A DNA stretch of 64,000 bases from Cyanobacteriota bacterium (GTDB lineage Bacteria; Cyanobacteriota; Cyanobacteriia; Cyanobacteriales; Nostocaceae): contig JBJOKS010000002.1 of NCBI GenBank assembly GCA_046045965.1, positions 128,001 through 192,000 on the forward strand, read 5' to 3'. The first letter of the stretch is position 1; each line of letters starts with the position of its first letter. Of the stretch, positions 40,275 through 50,574 are shown piece after piece. The translations under genes were made by a program, and so were the position numbers. The notes beneath the pieces are model-generated. The model had not been told where the DNA came from and made no database searches. It was given only the letters and a program-made list of their open reading frames with translations.

Positions 40275-42272
40275 ATGGCTTTAATTCTTCCAGAGTCAAT
40301 TTCATCAAATTCTAGCCAAGGTGAAATAACTTTATTTAATTTATTAAGTAAGCAATTACCAAATAGTTTTTATGTTTGGTATCAGCAAGTAATTGATGGT
40401 AAAAATATTGATTTTATTATTCTTGCTCCCAATTTCGGATTACTGCTAATTCAAGTTATTAATTACTATCCCAATCAAATTCTTGATGTAAACATAGATA
40501 ATAAAACTATAGATTTTCCTAAAGTAAAACAAGTTCAAAATAAACCTCAACAACCTCACTATTTAGATATTCCAGGAAGAAAAACCCGTAAACGCTCGCA
40601 ACCAGTTAAAAAAATATCTGAAATTAATCAATATTCTTGGTGGGAAGATCAGGATTTTTTACAATCCTTAATTACAAAATTGCAAGATTATCCAATTCTC
40701 AATCTTACAGATATTGATAATAACAATAAATTAGTTATACCTGTGGCATATAGTGTAGTATTTTCTAATATTACTGAAGAACAAGGAATAAACAAAAATC
40801 TTCATAATTTACTTCCGAAATCTCAAGTAATATACAGAGATGAATTACTCTCATTAAATAACGATAGTGTCAGTTTACTTGATAGATTGAAACAGATATT
40901 TAATGAGACAAATAAATTTAATTTTCCTGATATCACTACTGAACAAATTGATACTATCAAAGCTGTTTTATTTCCAGAAATAGCTATCAAACTTTTACCA
41001 GCATCTTCTCAGAGTGTTCCTGATGGTTTTTCCATTCCAGATGAAAGTTATGTGTTTAGAACCTTAGATCATCGTCAAGAAAGTATAGTTAGAAGTATAG
41101 GTGAAGGACACAGAATAATTTATGGTGTTGCAGGTTCTGGGAAAACTTTAATCCTGCTATCTCACGCTAAATTATTACTAAAAATTAACCCTGAACAAAA
41201 AATTTTAATTCTCTGTTATAATCGCAGTCTTGCTGCTTTCTTAAATTCCTTGCTTGTTCAAGATATAGATCAAAAAATATTTGGTATAAATATTAAAGTA
41301 TTAACGTTTTATGCTTGGGTAAATTCTGAAGTTAGAAAAATACCTTTTCAGCCGGGTTTTTATACTGGTTTTTATGATCAGATTTTAGGGAGAATTTTGT
41401 TAGAAAAATTGTCTAAAATGAGAAATTTTCAGAAATATGACGCGATTTTAATTGATGAAGCACAAACCTTTGATCCCAGTTGGTTTAAATGTTGTGTTGC
41501 TGCTTTAAAAGATCCTCATGATGGCGATTTAATGATTGTTGCAGATGGTGGACAATCTATTTATAAACGCCAAAATTTCACCTGGAAATCAGTAGGAGTT
41601 AAAGCAGTTGGTAGAACGATGAATAAAAAGTTTAATCTTGATAAAAACTATCGTAATACTCAAGAAATTTTAACTGCTGCTTGGAGTTTATTTCACAATC
41701 ATCAAAATGTTGATATTCAGGAAATTTATGATGATGAAACTTTAGTATTTGATGTGATTAAACCGGAAAATGCTATGCGTCATGGTTCATCCCCTGTTCT
41801 ACATATTAAAGAATCAGAAAAGGATGAATTAGAATCTGTAATTAGTTTAGTTCAAGAATTACAGAGAAATGGTTTATCTTTAAATGATATAGCAATAATA
41901 TATAGGATAGCAGATGATGATAAAAATAAGTTGTTAACTACATTAATTCAAAGGTTAACTAATTTAGGACTTGAAACTTATTGGATATCCAGAACTAGAG
42001 AAGCTGAGAAAAACTATAGTATCAAACAGTCAGGAATCAAAATATTAAATTCTTTGAGCGCGCTTGGTTTAGAATTTAAAGCTGTGTTAATTCTTTGGGT
42101 TCAAGATTGGGATTTTAATATACCTGCAATTTCAGAAAATGATATTTTGGTCGGTAAAAGACTTTATGTAGCTATGACTCGCGCTCAAGATATATTACAC
42201 ATTTTTGGTTCTGGTAATTCGGCAGTAATTCAACAATTGCAAAACATTGGAAATTTTATAGTTAAAAATTAG
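40275..42272 (+). CDS. NERD-like domain + SF1 (UvrD-like) helicase
   Basis: DFIIL.P..GLL N-terminus; GVAGSGKT, DEAQ, NYRN, GLEF, LYVAMTRA. Confidence 0.88.
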   Translation: MALILPESISSNSSQGEITLFNLLSKQLPNSFYVWYQQVIDGKNIDFIILAPNFGLLLIQVINYYPNQILDVNIDNKTIDFPKVKQVQNKPQQPHYLDIPGRKTRKRSQPVKKISEINQYSWWEDQDFLQSLITKLQDYPILNLTDIDNNNKLVIPVAYSVVFSNITEEQGINKNLHNLLPKSQVIYRDELLSLNNDSVSLLDRLKQIFNETNKFNFPDITTEQIDTIKAVLFPEIAIKLLPASSQSVPDGFSIPDESYVFRTLDHRQESIVRSIGEGHRIIYGVAGSGKTLILLSHAKLLLKINPEQKILILCYNRSLAAFLNSLLVQDIDQKIFGINIKVLTFYAWVNSEVRKIPFQPGFYTGFYDQILGRILLEKLSKMRNFQKYDAILIDEAQTFDPSWFKCCVAALKDPHDGDLMIVADGGQSIYKRQNFTWKSVGVKAVGRTMNKKFNLDKNYRNTQEILTAAWSLFHNHQNVDIQEIYDDETLVFDVIKPENAMRHGSSPVLHIKESEKDELESVISLVQELQRNGLSLNDIAIIYRIADDDKNKLLTTLIQRLTNLGLETYWISRTREAEKNYSIKQSGIKILNSLSALGLEFKAVLILWVQDWDFNIPAISENDILVGKRLYVAMTRAQDILHIFGSGNSAVIQQLQNIGNFIVKN

Positions 42273-42448
42273 GAATGGAAGAATTATAATATCTTAATTG
42301 TTGATATTTTAACATATTTTCTGAATCAGAATGTACAAGATTTCAGGATTTACAGGATGTTGAATTTATTAACTACTACAAAGTTCTTAGAATCTGTTTT
42401 AAAAGACTTTTACTATTTAAACTGGGAATTAATTCCCAGTCTTACTAA

Positions 42449-44257
42449 TTATTCATTACAAGACTGTTCCAATTTCAGCTTTTTCTCAACAGTTTGTTCT
42501 TCCCCTGGTGGAACAGTACGCTCATCCATAAAGTAAACATCTAATTTCTTTAATTTTTCACTACCTTGATGTTGAGTATTCCAAGCACGACAGAGATATT
42601 TTCCATAAAAAGGATAAAGCTTTTTACCAATGGCTCGGTTAAGATTGATAAAATAAGTGCGCCATTGCATATTGCGATAAATTTCACTTCTGACACTCAA
42701 ACTAGGTTTATCCCAATTAACAGCATTTCCATCTCGAAAAATATCAACCTCATTACCATTTTCCAGATTACCAGGAATAACGTGCCATCCATCATCTCTG
42801 GGTGGACCAGGTGCAAAAATACTCCATGATTGATCAAGTCTTGTTATTCGTCCCATAACTTCAGTTCTGTGCCATATTTTGCGTTTAAATAAATCAGGAG
42901 AATAACTTTGAATATTCCAAAGAGTAGCATAAATTAAACATACTAAAGCCAGAATAGTTAAAGTTTTAGATTTACGAATTTCCAAAGGACGGAATTTAAA
43001 AGGTTTGGTGAAATTACCAGCAAATTTGCGATTATTAGCTACTGCTTCATAAAATTTTGTCCCCCCTGCCATCACTGGTTTCCAATTTAATAACGGCACT
43101 AAAAACCTAAATATCGGCGACAAACTCACCACATAAACAATACCTTTAAACTTAAAATATCGGTTTCCTTGATAATCTTCAATTACCCAAGAATTATGAG
43201 TCTGCATATCAGCATACGCATTAGGATAATCCTGCGCCATTAATAACGGTGTTCCGGGTAAAATCAATAGTGTTCTGAGGATATGCACTACCTTTTTACA
43301 GAAACCACAATCAGCATCAAAATAAATTACTAACCCCTGACGTGCTGGTGTTTGTAAACGCTTTTCCAAACCATTCCAAAACTCACTAGGGAGAAAAGCT
43401 AACCAACTAAATGAACTCAAAAATGGGAAAATTCCGATATTCAAAGTTAACCCAAATCCGACATGGAGACCGATAAAAGTCAAAACTGCACCTAACCGAA
43501 ATAAACTATTCCGCCAAGGAATAAATATAGCTAAAGGTCCAACCCATTCCAGAACTAAAGTAATTTTAGTAAAAATATTTAAAATTGGTTTAAAATTGAG
43601 AATAAAAAGACCAAATGGTGTAACATATTGATCATAACTCAGAGCATAATAAACTGCACTTCCATCAAGCCATACAGGGCTTTTACTTTTAATTGCGGCG
43701 GAGAAAATATAGATAAAACACTGTTGACACATCAGTGCAAAAGTAGCACCAGAGGCAAATGTTTCTGGTAATTTGCGTTGAGAAGTATTCAATGCACTAT
43801 CAAAAGAATAACGAGCGCCCCAAGGTAGAAACATTGCCCAAAACATAAGAGCGCGTAAAACATCATCCGCTGCAAAAATCAAAGCTGGATTTCTATTGTG
43901 CATGGATATTAATAATATCCAAGAAGCAATAGTAGCAATTCTAGTCCGATAACCAACTAACATTTGCAATGCGAAAAACGCTGCAAGTGCAAATAATAAA
44001 ACTTGAAAAATTGGTTCTCCGCTGATAGCGTGTAAAGACCAATGTCCAGTTTTAGCTATTTCCTTGAGTAAAGCACGGGGAAGTACACCGACATCTGTAT
44101 AATGGGCGGTTAAATCACCAAAACGAGTAAATAAATCGACGAGAATGATGATGGAAACACCGATACGAAAAGCAGCGAGCGATCGCAAATCTAGTCCTAA
44201 AACTGTTTCTAGATTTTTTCTCCAGGATGTTTTTGATGTTTCTTGTTGAGTAACCAT
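42449..44257 (-). CDS. HTTM-domain membrane protein with DCC1-like (DxxCxxC) insert
   Basis: DLRSLAAFRI, multi-TM, YFDADCGFC, QSWSIFAP. Confidence 0.8.
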   Translation of the reverse strand: MVTQQETSKTSWRKNLETVLGLDLRSLAAFRIGVSIIILVDLFTRFGDLTAHYTDVGVLPRALLKEIAKTGHWSLHAISGEPIFQVLLFALAAFFALQMLVGYRTRIATIASWILLISMHNRNPALIFAADDVLRALMFWAMFLPWGARYSFDSALNTSQRKLPETFASGATFALMCQQCFIYIFSAAIKSKSPVWLDGSAVYYALSYDQYVTPFGLFILNFKPILNIFTKITLVLEWVGPLAIFIPWRNSLFRLGAVLTFIGLHVGFGLTLNIGIFPFLSSFSWLAFLPSEFWNGLEKRLQTPARQGLVIYFDADCGFCKKVVHILRTLLILPGTPLLMAQDYPNAYADMQTHNSWVIEDYQGNRYFKFKGIVYVVSLSPIFRFLVPLLNWKPVMAGGTKFYEAVANNRKFAGNFTKPFKFRPLEIRKSKTLTILALVCLIYATLWNIQSYSPDLFKRKIWHRTEVMGRITRLDQSWSIFAPGPPRDDGWHVIPGNLENGNEVDIFRDGNAVNWDKPSLSVRSEIYRNMQWRTYFINLNRAIGKKLYPFYGKYLCRAWNTQHQGSEKLKKLDVYFMDERTVPPGEEQTVEKKLKLEQSCNE

Positions 44258-44454
44258 ATATTTTTTTAATTAACCACGTTAGCGAAGCTTTCCGTAAGGA
44301 TAGACACGAAGAAACGAAGGAAGAAGAAAGAAGAAAGGAGAAAGAAGAAGAAAGAAGAAATGAAGGATGAGAAAATATTAATGTTGGAATTGATAAAATA
44401 CTAAAATCTATCAAAAATTTAGGTTTTTTACTCCTGACTCCTGACTCCTGACTC

Positions 44455-45690
44455 CTATTTTTTAATTCCTCCAAATATCCATCTTTTAGCCACCTGAAGT
44501 TGATGTTTAAGAGTTGGTAACCGTTGAATATAAACTCCTCTGCGAATGATGCCAGCTAGATTACCATTTAAGGTGATGCCAAAGCTAAAAACTACAGCAT
44601 TCTTAATACCCAAAGTTAACATTTCTCCTAAATATAAGTAGCTAAATGATTTTAAGCGACGACCTGTAATTTTTGCCCATATATTACGCGCTGCACAGGG
44701 TGCTTGTTGAAATGCTGCTTGCGCTGTAGCGGGAGATTTGTTACCTTTAATATCTCTAATTTCTGCCAAGTCTCCTAATACAAATACGTTGGTATATTCT
44801 GCTAGTTGTAAAGTGGGAGTTGCTATTAATTGTCCTTGTTGATTATGTTGACAATTTAACTCTTTTACCCATTGAATTGATTGATTTCCTCCTGTCCATA
44901 ATACTAAATCTGTCTGTAATTGCTGAGTTTTACCTTGATGATTAATTATAATTGCATCAGATTGAATTGCTTCAATATTAGTATTTAAATCTATCTGCAC
45001 ACCACGTTTTAATAAAGCTCTATATGATGCAGTTCGACAACCTTTAGGGAAAGTTTTCAGAATTTCATCTCCTCGATCAATTAAGCGAATTTCTCCCCGT
45101 TTTTTTAATCTATCTGCTAATTTACAAGCGATTTCCACACCATTTGGACCAGCACCAGCTATAGATATTTTAATGATTGGAATATTAGATGCTTCTAAAA
45201 CCCGTAACCGTTCCTTTAAAGATTCAGCATCTTCTAAACTTCTAAAAGTTTGAGCGTATGCTGCTGCTCCTGGAACTATATCTAACCGCGTTTCTTTGCC
45301 AACAGCTAACACTAAAAAATCGTAATTTACCAGAGTTCCATTTTCCAAAGTTACCAAATTTTGCTCTAAATCAACTCCTTGAATTTCTGCTTGATAAAAT
45401 TTAACATTACTACCTGCTAACAACTTTTTATAAGTGGGTGCAACTTCCCAATTAAGTAACTCTCCCGTCACCACTTCATAAAGTAAAGGAGTAAATAAAA
45501 AATGATCCCGTTTTTCAATCAAGATAATCTCATAATTAGGTTGAGAGATGAGAGGAATTTTTATTAATTCCAAAGCCGTATACAACCCACCAAAACCACC
45601 ACCCAAAATACAAATCCGTACCGGATCATTAGTGATATTCTGGTTTTTTAGAGTTACGTTTTTAATAAACTTATTGCTGATATGAGACAT
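44455..45690 (-). CDS. Type-2 NAD(P)H:quinone oxidoreductase, NdbB/NDC1-like
   Basis: ICILGGGFGGLYTAL, FLFTPLLYE, GAGPNGVE, GD, ATAQAAFQQA. Confidence 0.85.
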   Translation of the reverse strand: MSHISNKFIKNVTLKNQNITNDPVRICILGGGFGGLYTALELIKIPLISQPNYEIILIEKRDHFLFTPLLYEVVTGELLNWEVAPTYKKLLAGSNVKFYQAEIQGVDLEQNLVTLENGTLVNYDFLVLAVGKETRLDIVPGAAAYAQTFRSLEDAESLKERLRVLEASNIPIIKISIAGAGPNGVEIACKLADRLKKRGEIRLIDRGDEILKTFPKGCRTASYRALLKRGVQIDLNTNIEAIQSDAIIINHQGKTQQLQTDLVLWTGGNQSIQWVKELNCQHNQQGQLIATPTLQLAEYTNVFVLGDLAEIRDIKGNKSPATAQAAFQQAPCAARNIWAKITGRRLKSFSYLYLGEMLTLGIKNAVVFSFGITLNGNLAGIIRRGVYIQRLPTLKHQLQVAKRWIFGGIKK

Positions 45691-45804
45691 AATTTATAAT
45701 TCATGATTTATACTTTTCCCCTTTCTTCCTTTCTTCCTTTGCCTCTTTGCTCCTTTGCGACTACCCTACGGGATCTCCTGACGGAGATTGCGCGAAATAA
45801 AAAA

Positions 45805-46731
45805 TTAATTAATATTTATAGCCTTAAACTGCTCAACCAATTCACTCGTGCGAGTGCGACGGCCATCAGGATTCAGATGATAATGGGTATCAGCAAACAA
45901 ACTAGAATCAGTCTTCACATTTAAAGTTTCTTTGTCATAAAGTACCGGGGCAATTTTTTCTAACTCTGCTGCTGTTTTACGAATATTATTGAGAGTTTTA
46001 TCATCAGTGCTACCATAAATCCAAGAAAGTCCTAATACTAAAGTTGCTCCCTTACTTTCAACTTCCTGCTTAAATTGTTCAATTCGTCGCAAAGAATGAG
46101 GAGAAACAGCATCATTGATTGTCAATTTCCACCATTTACTCTTACCCCTTTCTTTCATGACTGTAGGATCACCGTTAGCTGTTACAGGGTCAGAATAATA
46201 ACCGGTTAAACGACCTTTCTGCACCACATCTAAAGATGATTTAGTGGCGGCTTTTAAGGTGGGAATACCTAATAACATTAAATCTTGAGCGAGTTGTTTG
46301 GGGGGTACATTTCCTAAACCGGGTTTACCAATAGCTGCACCAAATTGACCAGAGCGATCGCCAAAACCGTCATCATCTAACAACAATAAATATTCAGGAA
46401 TAAGTAAAACAATATCGCCTTTTTTGATCACATCAGAAACACTAGGCAAAATCACATCTAAACCAATGGGTCCATCAGTAGCTATGTTAATAGTAGGGAT
46501 GCCTAATGTCTCTTGCATCAATTTAGCATCGACGGTGTAATGAGCGCCAGAACCACCGACAATGAGAATACGCTGGGGTGTTTGTACTTCTTTAGCAATA
46601 GCCATTTTCTGCTCATACAACATTCGCACCCAGCTAAGTTCACCACCATAACGAGCGTTGTAAAAATAACCAACACTCCAAGTTAAACCAGCGATCGCAA
46701 ACCAACTAGAAAGTTTTAAAAACTTGTTCAT
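45805..46731 (-). CDS. Membrane-anchored SGNH-like protein (DltD/AlgJ-type)
   Basis: N-terminal anchor, ILIVGGS block-I Ser, C-terminal DTHYHL; directly downstream of an MBOAT. Confidence 0.65.
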   Translation of the reverse strand: MNKFLKLSSWFAIAGLTWSVGYFYNARYGGELSWVRMLYEQKMAIAKEVQTPQRILIVGGSGAHYTVDAKLMQETLGIPTINIATDGPIGLDVILPSVSDVIKKGDIVLLIPEYLLLLDDDGFGDRSGQFGAAIGKPGLGNVPPKQLAQDLMLLGIPTLKAATKSSLDVVQKGRLTGYYSDPVTANGDPTVMKERGKSKWWKLTINDAVSPHSLRRIEQFKQEVESKGATLVLGLSWIYGSTDDKTLNNIRKTAAELEKIAPVLYDKETLNVKTDSSLFADTHYHLNPDGRRTRTSELVEQFKAININ

Positions 46732-46790
46732 AAAAGGGAACAGGGAACAGGGAACAGGGAACAGTTAAGAGTCTTAACTGATAACTAAAT

Positions 46791-48254
46791 CTAAAATTCA
46801 AAGTAAATAAACGGAGAAGGTGCATTAGCAGCAAACAAAATAGTTAGCACTAATAAAATTCTCGACATCCATGGCGAAACTAATAAATCATATTCTGTTT
46901 CACCTTGTCGCCAAACTCCAATTTGTTCCATCAATAATAGTCCTATTGATAAAAACAAAGTGAATAATAAAGCCGCTGCTCCATTCTCATTAAAAAATGT
47001 CAAAGCTTCACCTAAATTAGATAAAGAATAGTTCCAAGGAGTGATCAAAACTAACAGCTTTGCCAGCAAGCGTCTTGTGTTTGTTTCCATAAAAAACAAA
47101 CATCCCAAAATCACAGAACCAAAAGTTAAAGCCCAGGAAATAAACTGCGGCATTAAAAACTTTTGTTGTCCCAAAAATTTATAAAATGGTCGTCCAGCAT
47201 AGCGCAATACTAACAGTAATAAACCGTGATAAGCTCCCCACAAAATAAAATTCCAGGCTGCTCCATGCCAAAAACCAGATAGGGTAAATGTAATAAAAAG
47301 ATAAAATGGAGCATACTTCATATTTTTGCCCATCAAAGGCAGAAACACATAGTCTCTAAACCACGTACTCAGAGTAACGTGCCATCTACGCCAAAATTCG
47401 TTAATGCTTTGGGAAGTATAGGGAGCAAGAAAGTTAAGGGTTAATTTAACACCTAAAAATTTTCCTAACCCTACGGCAATAAAACTATATCCGCCAAAAT
47501 CAAAATAAATTTGTAATGTAAATAAAAAGGCAAAAAACCAAACTAACCAAGGATTATCAACTTGATCTAATTTGATGTAAGGTGAAATATTATCTGCCAG
47601 GACAAACTTCATAAATAGTCCTAGAGATAACCACCGAAACCCAGATTCAAAGTTATCATAAGTTAACTTAAATCTAAAGTTTTCAATTTGCGGAAATAGG
47701 TCTGCTCGTCGTTCAATTGGACCTGCTACAACTTGGGGAAAAAATGCCACAAAGTTGACGTAATCTAAAGCAGCGATGGGTTGTTTCTTTTTACTGTTGT
47801 AGGAGTCAACGACAAAGGCTACCATTTGAAATGTATAAAAAGACAAACCTGGGGGAATTGAACCCATACCAGGAATAGATTTTGATTGCCAATTTTCTGC
47901 TAACCCTGGAACTACTAAACCTAAAACATCTTCAACAAAGAAGTTGAGATATTTGAAATAAGCCAGAATCGCAATATCAATTACTACTACAATCGTTGCT
48001 ATTAACTTAGCTTGTGCTTTTTCCTGTTTCAACATCAACCACACCATGATGTAGTTGAAAATGATTTCACACAAAAAGATGGCAAAACTTGTTTTGGATG
48101 CGTTGAGAAACAAAAACAACGACATCGCTACCAAGCCCACCGCGTCAAAAACACCTTTCCACAGGTTTAAAGACTTGGCAACATAGCGGACTGTAAAGTA
48201 AGGGATGGCAAATAATAGCAGCACCCACCAAAACGAAAACTCCGAAAAATTCAA
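46791..48254 (-). CDS. MBOAT O-acyltransferase (AlgI/DltB family)
   Basis: PPGLSFYTFQ, FPQVVAGPI, YFDFGGYS, FWRRWH, SGFWHG, C-terminal FIYFEF. Confidence 0.95.
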   Translation of the reverse strand: MNFSEFSFWWVLLLFAIPYFTVRYVAKSLNLWKGVFDAVGLVAMSLFLFLNASKTSFAIFLCEIIFNYIMVWLMLKQEKAQAKLIATIVVVIDIAILAYFKYLNFFVEDVLGLVVPGLAENWQSKSIPGMGSIPPGLSFYTFQMVAFVVDSYNSKKKQPIAALDYVNFVAFFPQVVAGPIERRADLFPQIENFRFKLTYDNFESGFRWLSLGLFMKFVLADNISPYIKLDQVDNPWLVWFFAFLFTLQIYFDFGGYSFIAVGLGKFLGVKLTLNFLAPYTSQSINEFWRRWHVTLSTWFRDYVFLPLMGKNMKYAPFYLFITFTLSGFWHGAAWNFILWGAYHGLLLLVLRYAGRPFYKFLGQQKFLMPQFISWALTFGSVILGCLFFMETNTRRLLAKLLVLITPWNYSLSNLGEALTFFNENGAAALLFTLFLSIGLLLMEQIGVWRQGETEYDLLVSPWMSRILLVLTILFAANAPSPFIYFEF

Positions 48255-48394
48255 TTCACCACGCCTCCGACCTGTGAAAATACTGGGGACCCTTGACTGG
48301 GGACTGGGGACTGGGGACTGGAGACTGGGGAAGATAAGATATTGCTTTTTTCCTCCTGCCTCCTGCCTCCTGCCTCCTGCCTCCTATCACCATA

Positions 48395-48751
48395 TCAACT
48401 ACCGCTAATTTTGTTCCAAAGACCACCCCAACCTTTACCGGCAGGTGCTTCTGCTTGAGGTTTGCTAGTAGCTGCTACTGGTTGAGGAGTGGTTGTTTCT
48501 TCAGGAGACACACCCGCTTCTTCAACTAAATATTTAGCAGCTTTTTCAATAGTTGGATAGTCCCAAAGTAAGGTGGAAGGAAGTTCTGCACCTAACCAGT
48601 CTTCCATATCACCAACAATGGTTACAGAGTCAATAGAATCTAAACCATAGCGGGTTAAAGGTTCAGTGACTTTGATGGTTTCAGAACTGATGTTTAGTTG
48701 TTTAGAAATTTGGTTAACTAACCATCCTTGAATAGCATCAATAGAGTTCAT
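48395..48751 (-). CDS. Acyl carrier protein with C-terminal extension
   Basis: YGLDS phosphopantetheine motif, LWDYPTI. Confidence 0.92.
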   Translation of the reverse strand: MNSIDAIQGWLVNQISKQLNISSETIKVTEPLTRYGLDSIDSVTIVGDMEDWLGAELPSTLLWDYPTIEKAAKYLVEEAGVSPEETTTPQPVAATSKPQAEAPAGKGWGGLWNKISGS

Positions 48752-48755
48752 AGTA

Positions 48756-50564
48756 TCAGGTTTGGAGTTGGAGTTTTGGAGTTGCATCTGTGGTAGTTTC
48801 CTGTAGTTGAGATTTTGCTAGTTGAAAAGGAACGATGGAAAACATCCGGTCTTCGTTATACAAACGAATCATTTCTTGAACTACACCACCGTCGTCTATT
48901 CTTCTAGGTAATGCTTTAGCAGGGCGGCAGTTTAACATTAATCTGTGTAAGCTAAGAGCCAACCATTCTCCATTAGCAAAGAATTCTCCCAGGTGATTAC
49001 GGTTATAAATCCATGTATACACACAGGAAGCCGCAGCGTGTAGTACACAGTATTGTTTGGCCATATCAAACAACTCTGGATCTTGTTCATGTCCAAACTG
49101 GAAGGTTGACTCTGTAATTTCTACATCCAGATTGTTTAATTCTTCTCGTACTATATCCGTTAAAGTAATGATTTGGTAGAGAGTATCTGGATTCAGATTA
49201 GAGTCAGATTTTAGCTTCTCTAGAGATGTTAAAGCCAAGTCTAATCCCTGTAGGACATCATCTCCACCCCGGTTAACCAACTCCAGTTTTTTGCCATTAA
49301 AAGCAGGTAAATTCTGGGTGAGGTCAAAAGTTGTAGAAAGACGATTTTCTAAAGCTTCTAGATTCTTTCCAGCGTTTCTGGTGCGAGATTTTGTTAACTG
49401 CCGTAGTTGTAGTAAGAGGGCATGGAGATTCACAACGCTGCTGCCATCAAACATACTGATGATGGAGTTATCCCGCAGCACTTTCTGGAAAATACCCCAG
49501 TCGTGTGCTTCCCGCATATAAAAGCGCGAACCTAAAACGACGGATACATTATTTACTACTGTTTCCAAGGTGGTGGTAACAAAATATTTCACCACTGCTG
49601 ACCAAACACTGATTTGTTCTGGCATGGTACTAAAACCACGACCTACACCAAAGGTAGAACAGTCGCAAATCAAAATATCCAAAAACGCATCTGTAAGCGT
49701 GCGTCGGGGTTGGGGCATATCAAAGACTGTCTTACCGTATAGTTTGCGTTCTATAGCAAATTTCAAGGTAGTCCGCAAAGCTGTATCAGCCGCACCTTGG
49801 GAAAAGGCAGCACATAAGGCTCTAGTTATTTGAAAGCCTTTTAAAGCTAGTTCTAAACCTGCACCTTCCGCACCTAACCGCATAGATTCGGGAATAAAGC
49901 AGTTATCAAACTTAATCCCACTCATATCTGATCCGCGAATCCCGTGAGTGAGAATTTTTGGCAAGTTACTAAAATGCTCAGGGTTAATTTTGCTCTTTTC
50001 CACCATGAACAAGGAAAGGCTTCTTGGTCCTCCTTCTGGGTCTGTTCTAGCTAATACAAAGGCAACTCCTGAACGGGTAGCGCGGTTAATTGGCCATTTT
50101 TCCCCAGTTAGCAAATAACCACCTTCTACTTTTGTGGCTTGCATATCACCGCCTAACAAATCGCTACCATGTGCTTTTTCGGAGTAAGCTAGACACATAG
50201 TACCGTTGTTATCCTTCATAAAGCTGGACAGGATTTGCTTTTGCTCGTCTGTTCCTGCCATCCAAACTAGGTATGACCAAAACATGGTAGTGAAAGCTAT
50301 TCCCGCTGTTTGGTCACGCCGTGAAAGCACGCGCACAAAGGAGATAAACTCGTCAAAACTTGTGAACTCACCACCGCATTCTGTGGGAATGTAGTAATGT
50401 TGGAGTTTCCAGTTATATAACCAGTCGATGATTTCCTGGGGAAATTCTTCCTTTTCATCCAGGTCTATTACCTGTTTGAAGGACATCATACTCTCTGGAT
50501 TACCAGGATCGCCTAAATCCTTTTCTAGTGCTTCGGCGACCCAAAATTGTTTGAGTGGCTGCAT
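48756..50564 (-). CDS. Acyl-CoA/acyl-ACP dehydrogenase
   Basis: AYSEKAHGSD, GEKW, GIRG, R.LYGK, LG, FDGS motifs. Confidence 0.9.
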   Translation of the reverse strand: MQPLKQFWVAEALEKDLGDPGNPESMMSFKQVIDLDEKEEFPQEIIDWLYNWKLQHYYIPTECGGEFTSFDEFISFVRVLSRRDQTAGIAFTTMFWSYLVWMAGTDEQKQILSSFMKDNNGTMCLAYSEKAHGSDLLGGDMQATKVEGGYLLTGEKWPINRATRSGVAFVLARTDPEGGPRSLSLFMVEKSKINPEHFSNLPKILTHGIRGSDMSGIKFDNCFIPESMRLGAEGAGLELALKGFQITRALCAAFSQGAADTALRTTLKFAIERKLYGKTVFDMPQPRRTLTDAFLDILICDCSTFGVGRGFSTMPEQISVWSAVVKYFVTTTLETVVNNVSVVLGSRFYMREAHDWGIFQKVLRDNSIISMFDGSSVVNLHALLLQLRQLTKSRTRNAGKNLEALENRLSTTFDLTQNLPAFNGKKLELVNRGGDDVLQGLDLALTSLEKLKSDSNLNPDTLYQIITLTDIVREELNNLDVEITESTFQFGHEQDPELFDMAKQYCVLHAAASCVYTWIYNRNHLGEFFANGEWLALSLHRLMLNCRPAKALPRRIDDGGVVQEMIRLYNEDRMFSIVPFQLAKSQLQETTTDATPKLQLQT

Positions 50565-50574
50565 AATTTTCTCC

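Noticed and set aside
44115..44474. 119-aa ORF upstream of HTTM
   Set aside because: Made of STRR and purine-rich repeats; low complexity.
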